DNA of 64,000 nt from Escherichia coli (GTDB taxonomy: Bacteria; Pseudomonadota; Gammaproteobacteria; Enterobacterales; Enterobacteriaceae), in assembly GCF_030013205.1 (NCBI RefSeq), contig NZ_CP122648.1. The stretch is one strand, 5' to 3'. The first letter of the stretch is position 1. Each line of letters begins with the position of its first letter. Shown here piece after piece: positions 1-10,940 of the stretch. The notes beneath the pieces are model-generated. The model ran no database searches. It worked only from the letters and a program-made list of their open reading frames with translations, and had not been told where the DNA came from. The position numbers and the translations under genes were made by a program.

Positions 1-703
1 GAATAATCGTTCCGCCCAGATGGCGTTCACGCAGCATCAGCCAGATAAGCCCCCAACCGGTGAGCGTTGCCAGTGAGAATAAACTCCCGGCAAACAGCGT
101 ATGGTGCGGATTCTGATTACCGGTTTCCGGCATGGTGGTGATAAATTTTTGCCCGGTATATTGCTGAATGCGCACGCCCATTTTTTCGCTTAGCGGGATA
201 TGTTCGTACCACGCCTGTTGCAGCTGCGCGCACCAGTCGCCGCGATGCAGAATGTCATCCAGAGTGGCGACAGGTTTTATCATCAAAAAATGGCGAATCG
301 GCGTGGTGGTTGGCGTGGTGATTTCTCCCTGATTAACAAACCCCAGCTTGGCGAAAAACTCCACCGCGTCTTCGCGGGCGCTACAGGTCACGCGCTTAAC
401 ACCTTCCTGACGCGCCACAGATTCGAGGGTCATCGCCATCAGCGTTCCTAACCCTTTGTCCTGCACGTCGGGATGAACGGCCATAAAGCGAATGGACGCT
501 TCATTGTCGGCATTAATATACAGTCGGCCTACCGCCACCAGATTACCCTGCTCGTCGACGACCATCTGGTGATGCGCCATCGCATCCCACGCGTCGCGTT
601 CCGAACCTTTCGGTTGATGCAGGGGCTTACGCAACATTTCCCAGCGAAACTGATAGTAACGCTCTAATTCTTCTTCTGTTTGTGGAACCCGAAGGTGATA
701 CAT
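1..703 (-). CDS. yiiD: Acetyltransferase/thioesterase YiiD (FabY), 5' portion only; gene runs off the window start
   Basis: Minus-strand reading frame open from ATG at 701-703 to position 1; translation begins [30 protein letters not shown], recognised as the YiiD N-terminus. Not in the supplied ORF track because no stop lies in the window. Confidence 0.8.
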
Positions 704-747
704 AGCGATACTCTCTCTTGTTTCCCGTGACAACCCTGGAAGCTGGC

Positions 748-1185
748 TCATACCTGCAACCAGAATGTCACGGGGCCATCATTGACCAGCGATACCTGCA
801 TATCCGCAGCGAAGCGTCCTGTTTGCGTGTTCATCTCTTGCTGACGGCAGCGTTCGACGAAATAGTCATATAACGCCTCTGCGCGATCCGGTGATGCACC
901 TTTGGAGAAACTTGGACGCATCCCCCGTTCGGTATCTGCGGCAAGGGTAAACTGGGAAACCACCAGTACACTGCCGCCCGCCTGTTGCACGTTGAGATTC
1001 ATCTTGCCTTCGGCATCGCTAAAGATGCGGTAGCCGAGCACACGCTCGCACAGACGGTTTGCTTTCTGTTCGTCGTCATCCTTTTCGACACCCAATAACA
1101 CCAAAAGTCCCGCGCCAATTTCGCCCGTCACTTCTCCCTCCACGGTGACGCTGGCACGGGTTACGCGTTGAATTAATGCAATCAT
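748..1185 (-). CDS. dtd: D-aminoacyl-tRNA deacylase
   Basis: 145-aa [20 protein letters not shown]...; length and sequence match Dtd as remembered. 4-nt overlap with yihY. Confidence 0.95.
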
Positions 1186-2054
1186 GGTTCGTCGTCTTCT
1201 TCTTGTTCAGCAGCTTGTTTTAATTTGCGGTATTCCCCGAGAGTGACAGTAATTTCCGCGCCAAGCAAGACGATACACCATGTCCAGTAGACCCAAACAA
1301 AGAGAATGGGGATCACCGCCAGCACGCCGTAAATGAGCTGATATGACGGGAACATGGTGATATAAAGCGCGAAACCTTTCTTTCCTGCTTCGAACAGGAG
1401 TGCAGCGACAAACGCGCCGACAATCGCGTCGCGGTTAGGTACGCGGATGGTAGGAACAATGCTGTACAGCAACCAGAAGGAGATCCACGACAACAGCAGC
1501 GGAAAAATACGCAGCACGTTGTCGATGACAGTATTGAGATCGCTCGCCCAGCGCAGGGAGAGCAAATAGGAACTGATCGCCAGACTGGCCCCTGCCAGCA
1601 GCGGCCCCAGCGTTAAAATCATCCAGTACACGGCGAACGAGTAAATTTTTGGTCGAGCTCGTTTACTGCGCCAGATGGTATTCAACGCGCTATCGATGGA
1701 GTACATCAACAATAACGCGGTGACGATCAGCCCGCACGCCCCAACGGCGGTCATCTTGTTGGAATTGGCAACAAATTGTTCGATATACCGCTGAATAACA
1801 TCGCCAGTAGCAGGCAGAAAGTTGGCAAAAATAAAGTGACGCAACTGAATGCTGACGTCGGAAAACATGGGAAAAGCGGCGAAAAGCGCAAAAACAACGG
1901 CAACCAGCGGCACTAATGAGAGCAACGACACATAGGCAAGGTTACCTGCCAAGGTAGTCATGTTGTCCTCATCAATGCGTTGCCAGAGTAGTTTTAGCCA
2001 GGCCCATAGTGGACGGGTACGGTGCCTGGCTTTGTCCTGAATGGTTTTTAGCAT
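1182..2054 (-). CDS. yihY: YihY/BrkB-family inner membrane protein
   Basis: 290-aa hydrophobic ORF; conserved position between yihX and dtd. Confidence 0.9.
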
Positions 2055-2647
2055 AACACCTTCGCGAAATAGCCCGGGATGGTGGTTTTATCTTTCACCA
2101 GAATGCTGGTAATGCCTAGCTGATTAGCTCCTTCTATATTATCGGCGTTATCGTCGAAAAAGACCGTATCGCTGGGTGAAAAACCTTCCGCCTGCAAAAC
2201 ATGCTGGTAAATTCGTGCTTCAGGTTTGCGCATCCCCAGATCTTGCGACAGATAGATATGGTCAGCAGCATCACGAATTTCCGGGTATTCTTCCGGCCAG
2301 AAGGTGGTATGCAGGCGGTTGGTATTGGAAAGCACCACCACGCGATGCCCCTGCTCACGCAGTTTATGCATGATGGCGATCACTTCCGGGCGCAGCGCAA
2401 CAAACACCGCCTGCCAGCCGTGAGAGAACTGCTCATAGCTTAGCGGTAGAGCCATCTCATGACACAGCGCCTCTGCGAACGCTTCGTCGCTAATTTCCCC
2501 ACGCTCATGCTGATGAAACGCCTCGCCCATGTGGAAACTCTTCTTAAGCGTAGCCAGTGGAACACGCGTTAAATCGCTCCAGGCACCCAGCACACGGTTA
2601 AAGTCGATATCGACAATCACATTACCTAAATCAAAGATATAGAGCAT
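2048..2647 (-). CDS. yihX: HAD-family alpha-D-glucose-1-phosphate phosphatase
   Basis: ORF 2048..2668 trimmed to the internal Met giving [15 protein letters not shown] (HAD motif DxD near N-terminus); 199 aa. Confidence 0.9.
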
Positions 2648-2745
2648 TTTTGCCTCCTTTCGCGCCACAAGAAATTAACTGTAGCGGGAAAGGATAGGTT
2701 TGGCTATGTGGTCAGGTATGAAGCAAGGTCAACGGTCACAAAATT

Positions 2746-3531
2746 CTACGCGTCTTCCTGGGGAAGGATGATTTCAATTTGGCTGTCTTGTAAGCGTGAT
2801 TTTAGCGCAGCGGGCGGCAGCTCGTCGGTAAAGAGCGCAGTGACCTGTGCCACGTTACCAATTTCAACCGCCGCCGAAGCATGATACTTAGTGTGATCGG
2901 CGACCAGCAGAATATTTCTCGCGTGCGCCATCATCGTTTTCACCACGTTAGCTTCGTTAACATCAAACTCCATCAACGCGCCATCGCTCTCAATCGCCCC
3001 AACGCTTGTTACCAGATAATCAGCACGAAAATCAGCCACAAAGGACGCCGCTGAAGGGCCAATGATCCCGCTATTATGAGAGCGCAACGTACCGCCGGGC
3101 ACCATCACTTCAAAGCGCGGGTTGTGGTAAAGAATATGCGCCACACGCAGGCTGTTGGTGATTATCCGCAAATGATTGTGGTTAAGTAACGCCCGGGCAA
3201 CATGTTCAACAGTCGTACCGATGGTGATAAATATTGTCGATCCATCAGGAATATAGTCTGCCACCGCTTCGGCAATCGCTTTTTTCTCTTCAGTTTGCGA
3301 AACCTCACGCTGCTCAAACGCCGTATTAACGACGCTGGAGGCCCGACCCGCGCCACCGTGATGGCGCGTGATCAGCCCTTGCTCGCTTAATTTACGAATA
3401 TCCCGGCGGACCGTCTGCGTGGAGACATCCAGCAGATTTGCCAGCTCATCAATATTCATATACCCACGCTCGGCGATCAGCATGAGGAGTTGGTCGTGCC
3501 GCGGGTTACCGGTTAGTTCGGTAAGGCTCAT
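2746..3531 (-). CDS. yihW: DeoR-family transcriptional repressor of sulfoquinovose catabolism (CsqR)
   Basis: ORF 2746..3555 trimmed to MSLTELTGNPRHDQLLMLI...; N-terminal HTH plus DeoR C-terminal sugar-binding domain; 261 aa. Confidence 0.9.
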   Translation of the reverse strand: MSLTELTGNPRHDQLLMLIAERGYMNIDELANLLDVSTQTVRRDIRKLSEQGLITRHHGGAGRASSVVNTAFEQREVSQTEEKKAIAEAVADYIPDGSTIFITIGTTVEHVARALLNHNHLRIITNSLRVAHILYHNPRFEVMVPGGTLRSHNSGIIGPSAASFVADFRADYLVTSVGAIESDGALMEFDVNEANVVKTMMAHARNILLVADHTKYHASAAVEIGNVAQVTALFTDELPPAALKSRLQDSQIEIILPQEDA

Positions 3532-3564
3532 GAAAATTCCTCGAAAAACCATCACCCTGACATT

Positions 3565-4461
3565 TTATACAAAAAGTGACAAAAAAGATCGGGTTTGATC
3601 ACAGTCAGGGATCCCGGCTCGTCCACCGGGACGCGTGCATTTCAACGCCGCTACACCGCTGGCGAAGCGGACTGACTCCGCTAAATCCCCATCTGTTGCC
3701 AGCGCCACCGCCAATGCGCCGTGAAAAACATCACCCGCACCGGTGGTATCTACCACATCAACTTTGAAGGCCGGTTGATGTTGACGCCCGCCATTTTCCA
3801 GCCAGTCACAGCCTGCGCTGCCCTGGGTCACATAGACATGACCATTTGTGAGCGTTTGTGCCTGTTTTAGCGCACTGGCCATCTCTTTCACGCCCGTTAA
3901 GCGTGCCAGACCCGGTTCTGAAAAGGCCGCGTGATCGCTTAATGCCACCAGCTCGCTGATGTCCTGCGGCGTAATGTCCCCGTCCAGAACGGTCATCACG
4001 CCCGCCTGCCGGGCCAGAGTGAAGGCTTTTTTAGCACCGTCGTGCCAGCGTACATCTGCCAGCACAACATCCCACTGAGAGAAATCAATTTCCTCCAACC
4101 ACTCTGCGTCAGGCAGCAGGTCCGGGCTGGGGTAGTTAATGATTATCCGCTCGCCTTTGGCATCCACCATGATGGCGGATTGCGAAGATTTCGCCTGGTT
4201 ATACCGTTTGGTGTAACGGGTGTTAACGCCCCAGGATTCCAGCTCTGCCAGCAGGCTGTTGCCCGTGTCGTCATCACCTACGCGACCAATAAAATCAACC
4301 TGCGCCCCCAGCCTTGCCGCCGCAACCGCTGCCGTCGCCGCTGGCCCGCCACCAACTTCCGTATAATTTCTCGCCACGTATTTACCGCTCTCCGTCGGTA
4401 ATCCTTCCACGTAATAAATACGATCCATCACGGTAATACCTACACAAGCAACACGAATCAT
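3565..4461 (-). CDS. yihV: 6-deoxy-6-sulfofructose kinase (PfkB-family sugar kinase)
   Basis: ORF 3565..4467 trimmed to MIRVACVGITVMD; PfkB motifs (GGGPAATAAVAAARLG, DTTGAGD). Confidence 0.9.
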   Translation of the reverse strand: MIRVACVGITVMDRIYYVEGLPTESGKYVARNYTEVGGGPAATAAVAAARLGAQVDFIGRVGDDDTGNSLLAELESWGVNTRYTKRYNQAKSSQSAIMVDAKGERIIINYPSPDLLPDAEWLEEIDFSQWDVVLADVRWHDGAKKAFTLARQAGVMTVLDGDITPQDISELVALSDHAAFSEPGLARLTGVKEMASALKQAQTLTNGHVYVTQGSAGCDWLENGGRQHQPAFKVDVVDTTGAGDVFHGALAVALATDGDLAESVRFASGVAALKCTRPGGRAGIPDCDQTRSFLSLFV

Positions 4462-4628
4462 GGTCATTCCTTAAGCATTTTGGGATGCGTTCATTTTAAT
4501 TTCACCAATTGTTTAAAAAGTGACGGCTGTCAATTTTTTGACGATAACTTACAAATACGATCAAAAACAGACAAGCAAAGCATGTCATAAATGACAAAAA
4601 GTGACATTACTGTATTCAGGAGAGGGTT

Positions 4629-5525
4629 ATGGCAGCAATCGCGTTTATCGGTTTAGGACAAATGGGTTCGCCAATGGCGAGCAATTTATTGCAGCAAGGG
4701 CATCAACTTCGCGTCTTTGATGTGAACGCCGAAGCTGTGCGGCATCTGGTAGACAAAGGTGCGACTCCCGCCGCCAACCCGGCGCAGGCCGCTAAAGATG
4801 CCGAATTTATCATTACCATGTTGCCGAATGGCGATCTGGTGCGCAGCGTGTTGTTCGGTGAAAACGGCGTTTGCGAAAGCTTATCTACCGATGCGCTGGT
4901 CATCGATATGTCGACCATCCATCCGCTGCAAACCGATAAATTGATTGCCGATATGCAAGCCAAAGGCTTCAGCATGATGGATGTTCCGGTAGGCCGTACT
5001 TCTGCAAATGCCATTACCGGTACTCTGTTACTGCTGGCTGGCGGCACCGCTGAACAAGTTGAACGCGCCACACCGATCCTGATGGCGATGGGCAGTGAGT
5101 TGATCAACGCGGGCGGCCCGGGCATGGGGATCCGCGTTAAGCTCATCAACAACTACATGAGCATCGCGCTCAATGCGCTTTCGGCAGAAGCCGCCGTTTT
5201 GTGCGAAGCCCTGAATCTTCCCTTCGATGTTGCCGTCAAGGTGATGAGCGGCACCGCCGCCGGTAAAGGCCACTTCACCACTTCCTGGCCAAACAAAGTC
5301 CTCAGCGGGGATCTTTCTCCCGCCTTCATGATCGATCTTGCCCATAAGGATCTTGGTATCGCCCTTGATGTCGCCAACCAGCTGCATGTGCCAATGCCGC
5401 TGGGGGCCGCCTCACGGGAGGTTTATAGCCAGGCGCGCGCAGCGGGTCGCGGTCGCCAGGACTGGTCCGCCATTCTGGAACAGGTCCGTGTCAGTGCCGG
5501 GATGACTGCCAAAGTAAAAATGTAA
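4629..5525 (+). CDS. yihU: 3-sulfolactaldehyde reductase (beta-hydroxyacid dehydrogenase family)
   Basis: 298-aa ORF; N-terminal Rossmann motif [14 protein letters not shown]; RBS aggagagg upstream. Confidence 0.9.
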   Translation: MAAIAFIGLGQMGSPMASNLLQQGHQLRVFDVNAEAVRHLVDKGATPAANPAQAAKDAEFIITMLPNGDLVRSVLFGENGVCESLSTDALVIDMSTIHPLQTDKLIADMQAKGFSMMDVPVGRTSANAITGTLLLLAGGTAEQVERATPILMAMGSELINAGGPGMGIRVKLINNYMSIALNALSAEAAVLCEALNLPFDVAVKVMSGTAAGKGHFTTSWPNKVLSGDLSPAFMIDLAHKDLGIALDVANQLHVPMPLGAASREVYSQARAAGRGRQDWSAILEQVRVSAGMTAKVKM

Positions 5526-5548
5526 CGACTGGATAAAGGAATAAATGA

Positions 5549-6427
5549 ATGAATAAGTACACCATCAACGACATTACACGCGCATCGGGCGGTTTTGCCA
5601 TGCTGGCGGTCGATCAACGCGAAGCCATGCGCATGATGTTTGCCGCGGCTGGGGCACCCGCTCCAGTAGCCGATAGCGTTTTAACTGATTTCAAAGTTAA
5701 CGCTGCAAAGGCCCTCTCGCCTTATGCCTCGGCGATTCTGGTGGATCAGCAATTCTGTTACCGCCAGGTGGTTGAGCAAAACGCGATTGCCAAAAGTTGC
5801 GCCATGATTGTCGCCGCCGATGAGTTCATTCCTGGCAACGGTATTCCGGTAGATAGCGTGGTCATTGACCGCAGAATCAATCCGCTACAAATCAAACAAG
5901 ACGGTGGCAAAGCCTTAAAACTGCTGGTGCTGTGGCGTAGTGATGAAGATGCGCAGCAACGTCTGGATATGGTGAAAGAGTTTAACGAACTGTGCCACTC
6001 ACACGGCCTGGTAAGCATTATTGAGCCAGTCGTCCGCCCACCACGTCGTGGCGATAAATTCGATCGCGAACAAGCGATCATTGATGCCGCCAAAGAACTG
6101 GGCGACAGTGGCGCTGACCTCTACAAAGTTGAAATGCCGCTTTACGGTAAAGGTCCGCAACAAGAGCTTCTCAGTGCTTCACAACGTCTGAATGACCATA
6201 TCAATATGCCGTGGGTGATACTTTCTTCCGGTGTCGACGAAAAACTGTTCCCGCGTGCCGTACGCGTGGCAATGACAGCGGGTGCATCGGGCTTCCTGGC
6301 TGGTCGTGCCGTCTGGGCATCGGTTGTCGGTTTACCAGACAACGAGCTGATGCTGCGTGACGTTTGCGCACCGAAATTACAACAACTTGGCGATATCGTC
6401 GACGAAATGATGGCTAAACGCCGTTAA
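5549..6427 (+). CDS. yihT: 6-deoxy-6-sulfofructose-1-phosphate aldolase
   Basis: 292-aa ORF immediately downstream of yihU; class I aldolase-like; conserved synteny. Confidence 0.9.
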   Translation: MNKYTINDITRASGGFAMLAVDQREAMRMMFAAAGAPAPVADSVLTDFKVNAAKALSPYASAILVDQQFCYRQVVEQNAIAKSCAMIVAADEFIPGNGIPVDSVVIDRRINPLQIKQDGGKALKLLVLWRSDEDAQQRLDMVKEFNELCHSHGLVSIIEPVVRPPRRGDKFDREQAIIDAAKELGDSGADLYKVEMPLYGKGPQQELLSASQRLNDHINMPWVILSSGVDEKLFPRAVRVAMTAGASGFLAGRAVWASVVGLPDNELMLRDVCAPKLQQLGDIVDEMMAKRR

Positions 6428-6442
6428 GATGGGGATACAAAA

Positions 6443-7684
6443 ATGAAATGGTTTAACACCTTAAGTCACAACCGTTGGCTGGAACAGGAAACCGACCGCA
6501 TCTTTGATTTTGGTAAAAATTCCGTAGTACCGACCGGATTTGGCTGGTTAGGCAATAAAGGGCAAATCAAAGAAGAGATGGGCACCCATCTGTGGATCAC
6601 CGCTCGTATGTTGCACGTTTATTCCGTTGCTGCGGCGATGGGTCGACCTGGCGCTTACTCGTTGGTTGATCACGGTATCAAAGCCATGAACGGCGCACTG
6701 CGCGATAAAAAATATGGCGGTTGGTATGCCTGCGTGAATGACGAGGGCGTGGTGGATGCCTCCAAACAGGGCTATCAACACTTCTTTGCTCTGCTGGGTG
6801 CTGCCAGCGCCGTCACTACCGGTCACCCGGAAGCCCGTAAACTTCTCGATTACGCCATTGAAATTATTGAGAAATACTTCTGGAGCGAAGAAGAGCAGAT
6901 GTGCCTGGAGTCCTGGGACGAAGCCTTCAGCAAAACCGAAGAGTACCGCGGCGGCAATGCCAACATGCACGCGGTGGAAGCCTTCCTGATTGTCTATGAC
7001 GTCACCCATGACAAAAAATGGCTGGATCGCGCGATTCGCGTGGCTTCCGTGATTATCCACGACGTCGCCAGAAATAATCATTATCGCGTTAACGAGCACT
7101 TCGATACCCAGTGGAATCCGCTGCCGGATTACAACAAAGATAACCCGGCGCACCGCTTCCGCGCATTCGGTGGCACGCCGGGCCACTGGATCGAATGGGG
7201 CCGTTTAATGCTGCACATCCACGCGGCCCTGGAAGCCCGTTGTGAACAGCCGCCTGCCTGGCTGCTAGAAGATGCCAAAGGTCTATTTAACGCCACCGTG
7301 CGCGATGCCTGGGCACCCGATGGCGCGGACGGGATTGTTTATACCGTTGACTGGGAAGGCAAACCGGTGGTTCGCGAACGTGTGCGTTGGCCTATCGTCG
7401 AAGCGATGGGTACGGCTTACGCGCTCTACACCGTCACCGGCGATCGCCAGTATGAAACCTGGTATCAGACATGGTGGGACTACTGCATTAAGTACCTGAT
7501 GGACTATGAAAATGGTTCCTGGTGGCAGGAGCTGGATGCGGACAATAAAGTCACCACGAAAGTCTGGGACGGCAAACAGGATATTTATCACCTGCTGCAT
7601 TGCCTGGTGATCCCGCGTATCCCGTTAGCGCCAGGCCTGGCTCCGGCGGTTGCAGCGGGCCTGCTGGACATTAACGCGAAATAA
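6443..7684 (+). CDS. yihS: Sulfoquinovose isomerase (AGE/N-acyl-glucosamine epimerase fold)
   Basis: 413-aa ORF; recognised as YihS; synteny. Confidence 0.9.
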   Translation: MKWFNTLSHNRWLEQETDRIFDFGKNSVVPTGFGWLGNKGQIKEEMGTHLWITARMLHVYSVAAAMGRPGAYSLVDHGIKAMNGALRDKKYGGWYACVNDEGVVDASKQGYQHFFALLGAASAVTTGHPEARKLLDYAIEIIEKYFWSEEEQMCLESWDEAFSKTEEYRGGNANMHAVEAFLIVYDVTHDKKWLDRAIRVASVIIHDVARNNHYRVNEHFDTQWNPLPDYNKDNPAHRFRAFGGTPGHWIEWGRLMLHIHAALEARCEQPPAWLLEDAKGLFNATVRDAWAPDGADGIVYTVDWEGKPVVRERVRWPIVEAMGTAYALYTVTGDRQYETWYQTWWDYCIKYLMDYENGSWWQELDADNKVTTKVWDGKQDIYHLLHCLVIPRIPLAPGLAPAVAAGLLDINAK

Positions 7685-7742
7685 CTGAGCTGAAATAACG
7701 GCATATCAGGCTACATGCCGGGTATGTCGTTATTCAATAAAG

Positions 7743-8654
7743 GTGCCTCGTATGCAAATCACCAACATGCATTGCAGTGGACAAACCGTTTCACTTGCCG
7801 CGGGGGATTATCACGCGACTATCGTGACGGTTGGTGCTGGTCTGGCTGAATTAACTTTTCAGGGTTGTCATTTAGTCATCCCACACAAACCCGAAGAGAT
7901 GCCGCTGGCGCATCTGGGTAAAGTGCTTATTCCGTGGCCGAACCGGATCGCCAACGGCTGTTATCGCTATCAGGGGCAGGACTATCAGTTACCCATTAAT
8001 GAACATAGTTCAAAAGCCGCTATTCACGGGCTGCTTGCCTGGCGTGACTGGCAAATTAGCGAATTAACCGCCACCAGCGTTACCCTGACAGCTTTTCTGC
8101 CGCCCAGTTACGGCTATCCGTTTATGCTGGCTTCACAAGTTGTTTATTCGCTCAATGCACGCACGGGTCTTTCCGTTGAGATCGCAAGCCAGAATATTGG
8201 TACTGTGACCGCACCTTATGGTGTGGGTATTCATCCTTATTTAACCTGCAACTTAACATCTGTTGATGACTATCTTTTCCAGCTTCCGGCAGAACAGGTT
8301 TATGCCGTCGATGAGCACGCAAATCCGACAACGCTTCACCACGTTGATGAGTTGGATTTAAATTTCACGCAGGCGAAAAAAATAGCCGCGACAAAAATCG
8401 ACCACACCTTTAAAACCGCTAATGATCTGTGGGAAATGACCATTACCCATCCACAGCATTTGCTTTCGGTGAGCCTCTGTTCCGATCAACCCTGGGTGCA
8501 GGTTTATAGCGGTGAAAAATTACAGCGTCAGGGACTGGCAGTTGAACCTATGAGTTGCCCGCCTGATGCGTTTAATTCCGGCACCGATTTAATATTACTG
8601 CAACCCGGAAAAACACACCGCCTGTTTTTTAATATTTACGGACAGAGAAAATAA
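7743..8654 (+). CDS. yihR: Aldose 1-epimerase family protein (sulfoquinovose mutarotase)
   Basis: 303-aa ORF from a GTG at 7743; an alternative ATG start at 7752 (MQITNMHCSG) has a better-spaced RBS. Start uncertain. Confidence 0.85.
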   Translation: MPRMQITNMHCSGQTVSLAAGDYHATIVTVGAGLAELTFQGCHLVIPHKPEEMPLAHLGKVLIPWPNRIANGCYRYQGQDYQLPINEHSSKAAIHGLLAWRDWQISELTATSVTLTAFLPPSYGYPFMLASQVVYSLNARTGLSVEIASQNIGTVTAPYGVGIHPYLTCNLTSVDDYLFQLPAEQVYAVDEHANPTTLHHVDELDLNFTQAKKIAATKIDHTFKTANDLWEMTITHPQHLLSVSLCSDQPWVQVYSGEKLQRQGLAVEPMSCPPDAFNSGTDLILLQPGKTHRLFFNIYGQRK

Positions 8655-8858
8655 CTTGTATTGATTAGCAGTCAAAATCATTGAAGAACATTTCACTCGC
8701 TAAAGGCAACGTTATGTATCATCAATTTATTAAGTTAAAAACAGCTCAGCTTCTTTAAAGTTTATATATATCAGTTTTATGAGAATCATTTTACATAAGC
8801 CTGTAATAACAATAACAGGAAGGAAACAACCTCGTTCTCAACTCTATGGAGATTATTT

Positions 8859-10895
8859 ATGGATACGCCACGCCCACAGTTATTAGATTTTCAATTTCAT
8901 CAGAATAACGACAGTCTTACCCTACGTTTTCAGGGCCGTCTTATTTTAACCCATAGTAAAGATAATCCTTGTTTATGGATTGGCTCAGGTATAGCGGATA
9001 TCGATATGTTCCGCGGTAATTTCAGCATTAAAGATAAATTGCAGGAGAAGATTGCGCTCACCGACGCTACCGTCAGCCAGTCACCGGATGGCTGGTTAAT
9101 CCATTTCAGCCGTGGTTCTGACATTAGCGCCACGCTGCGTATCTCTGCCGACGAACAGGGCCGTTTATTGCTGGAACTACAAAACGACAACCTTAACCAC
9201 AACCGTATCTGGCTGCGCCTTGCCGCTCAACCAGAGGACCATATCTACGGCTGCGGTGAACAATTCTCCTACTTTGATCTGCGCGGCAAACCGTTCCCGC
9301 TATGGACCAGTGAACAAGGCGTTGGTCGCAACAAGCAAACCTATGTCACCTGGCAGGCCGACTGCAAAGAGAACGCGGGCGGCGACTATTACTGGACTTT
9401 CTTCCCACAGCCTACGTTTGTCAGCACGCAGAAGTATTACTGCCATGTTGATAACAGTTGCTACATGAACTTCGACTTTAGCGCCCCGGAATACCATGAA
9501 CTGGCGCTGTGGGAAGACAAAGCAACGCTGCGTTTTGAATGTGCTGATACATACATCTCCCTGCTGGAAAAATTAACTGCCCTGCTGGGACGCCAGCCAG
9601 AACTGCCCGACTGGATTTATGACGGGGTAACGCTCGGCATTCAGGGCGGGACGGAAGTGTGTCAGAAGAAACTGGACACCATGCGTAACGCGGGTGTGAA
9701 GGTTAACGGCATCTGGGCGCAGGACTGGTCCGGGATCCGTATGACCTCTTTTGGCAAACGCGTAATGTGGAACTGGAAGTGGAACAGCGAAAACTATCCG
9801 CAACTGGACTCACGTATTAAGCAGTGGAACAAAGAGGGCGTGCAGTTCCTGGCCTATATCAACCCGTATGTAGCCAGCGATAAAGATCTCTGCGAAGAGG
9901 CGGCAAAGCGCGGTTATCTGGCAAAAGATGCCTCTGGCGGCGACTATCTGGTGGAGTTTGGCGAGTTCTATGGCGGCGTTGTCGATCTCACCAATCCAGA
10001 AGCCTACGCCTGGTTCAAGGAAGTGATCAAAAAGAACATGATTGAACTTGGCTGCGGCGGCTGGATGGCTGACTTCGGCGAGTATCTGCCCACCGACACG
10101 TACCTGCATAACGGCGTCAGCGCGGAAATTATGCATAACGCCTGGCCCGCGCTGTGGGCGAAATGTAACTACGAAGCCCTTGAAGAAACGGGCAAGCTCG
10201 GCGAGATCCTCTTCTTTATGCGCGCCGGTTCTACCGGTAGCCAGAAATACTCCACCATGATGTGGGCGGGCGACCAGAACGTCGACTGGAGTCTCGACGA
10301 TGGCCTGGCGTCGGTTGTCCCGGCGGCGCTGTCGCTGGCAATGACCGGACATGGCCTGCATCACAGCGACATTGGCGGTTACACCACCCTGTTTGAGATG
10401 AAGCGCAGCAAAGAGCTGCTGCTGCGCTGGTGCGATTTCAGCGCCTTCACGCCGATGATGCGCACCCACGAAGGTAACCGTCCTGGCGACAACTGGCAGT
10501 TTGACGGCGACGCGGAAACCATCGCCCATTTCGCCCGTATGACCACCGTCTTCACCACCCTGAAACCTTATCTGAAAGAGGCCGTCGCGCTGAATGCGAA
10601 GTCCGGTCTGCCGGTCATGCGCCCGCTGTTCCTGCATTACGAAGACGATGCGCACACTTACACCCTGAAATATCAGTACCTGTTAGGTCGCGACATTCTG
10701 GTCGCTCCGGTGCATGAAGAAGGCCGTAGCGACTGGACGCTCTATCTGCCGGAGGATAACTGGGTTCACGTCTGGACGGGTGAAGCGTTCCGGGGCGGGG
10801 AAGTTACCGTTAATGCGCCCATCGGCAAGCCGCCGGTCTTTTATCGCGCCGATAGCGAATGGGCGGCACTGTTCGCGTCGTTAAAAAGCATCTAA
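8859..10895 (+). CDS. yihQ: Sulfoquinovosidase (glycoside hydrolase family 31)
   Basis: 678-aa ORF; GH31-like; preceded by a 204-bp AT-rich intergenic region. Confidence 0.9.
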   Translation: MDTPRPQLLDFQFHQNNDSLTLRFQGRLILTHSKDNPCLWIGSGIADIDMFRGNFSIKDKLQEKIALTDATVSQSPDGWLIHFSRGSDISATLRISADEQGRLLLELQNDNLNHNRIWLRLAAQPEDHIYGCGEQFSYFDLRGKPFPLWTSEQGVGRNKQTYVTWQADCKENAGGDYYWTFFPQPTFVSTQKYYCHVDNSCYMNFDFSAPEYHELALWEDKATLRFECADTYISLLEKLTALLGRQPELPDWIYDGVTLGIQGGTEVCQKKLDTMRNAGVKVNGIWAQDWSGIRMTSFGKRVMWNWKWNSENYPQLDSRIKQWNKEGVQFLAYINPYVASDKDLCEEAAKRGYLAKDASGGDYLVEFGEFYGGVVDLTNPEAYAWFKEVIKKNMIELGCGGWMADFGEYLPTDTYLHNGVSAEIMHNAWPALWAKCNYEALEETGKLGEILFFMRAGSTGSQKYSTMMWAGDQNVDWSLDDGLASVVPAALSLAMTGHGLHHSDIGGYTTLFEMKRSKELLLRWCDFSAFTPMMRTHEGNRPGDNWQFDGDAETIAHFARMTTVFTTLKPYLKEAVALNAKSGLPVMRPLFLHYEDDAHTYTLKYQYLLGRDILVAPVHEEGRSDWTLYLPEDNWVHVWTGEAFRGGEVTVNAPIGKPPVFYRADSEWAALFASLKSI

Positions 10896-10940
10896 TCACA
10901 TCCGCCCGTGGGGAAACTCATGGGCAAAGGGAGAACATCG

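Noticed and set aside
200-667. Two plus-strand ORFs (83 and 64 aa)
   Set aside because: Antisense to the yiiD coding region, which is open on the minus strand from 703 to the window start.
9810-10655. 281-aa ORF on the minus strand
   Set aside because: Antisense to yihQ; Arg/Gly/Ala/His-rich low-complexity translation typical of spurious frames.
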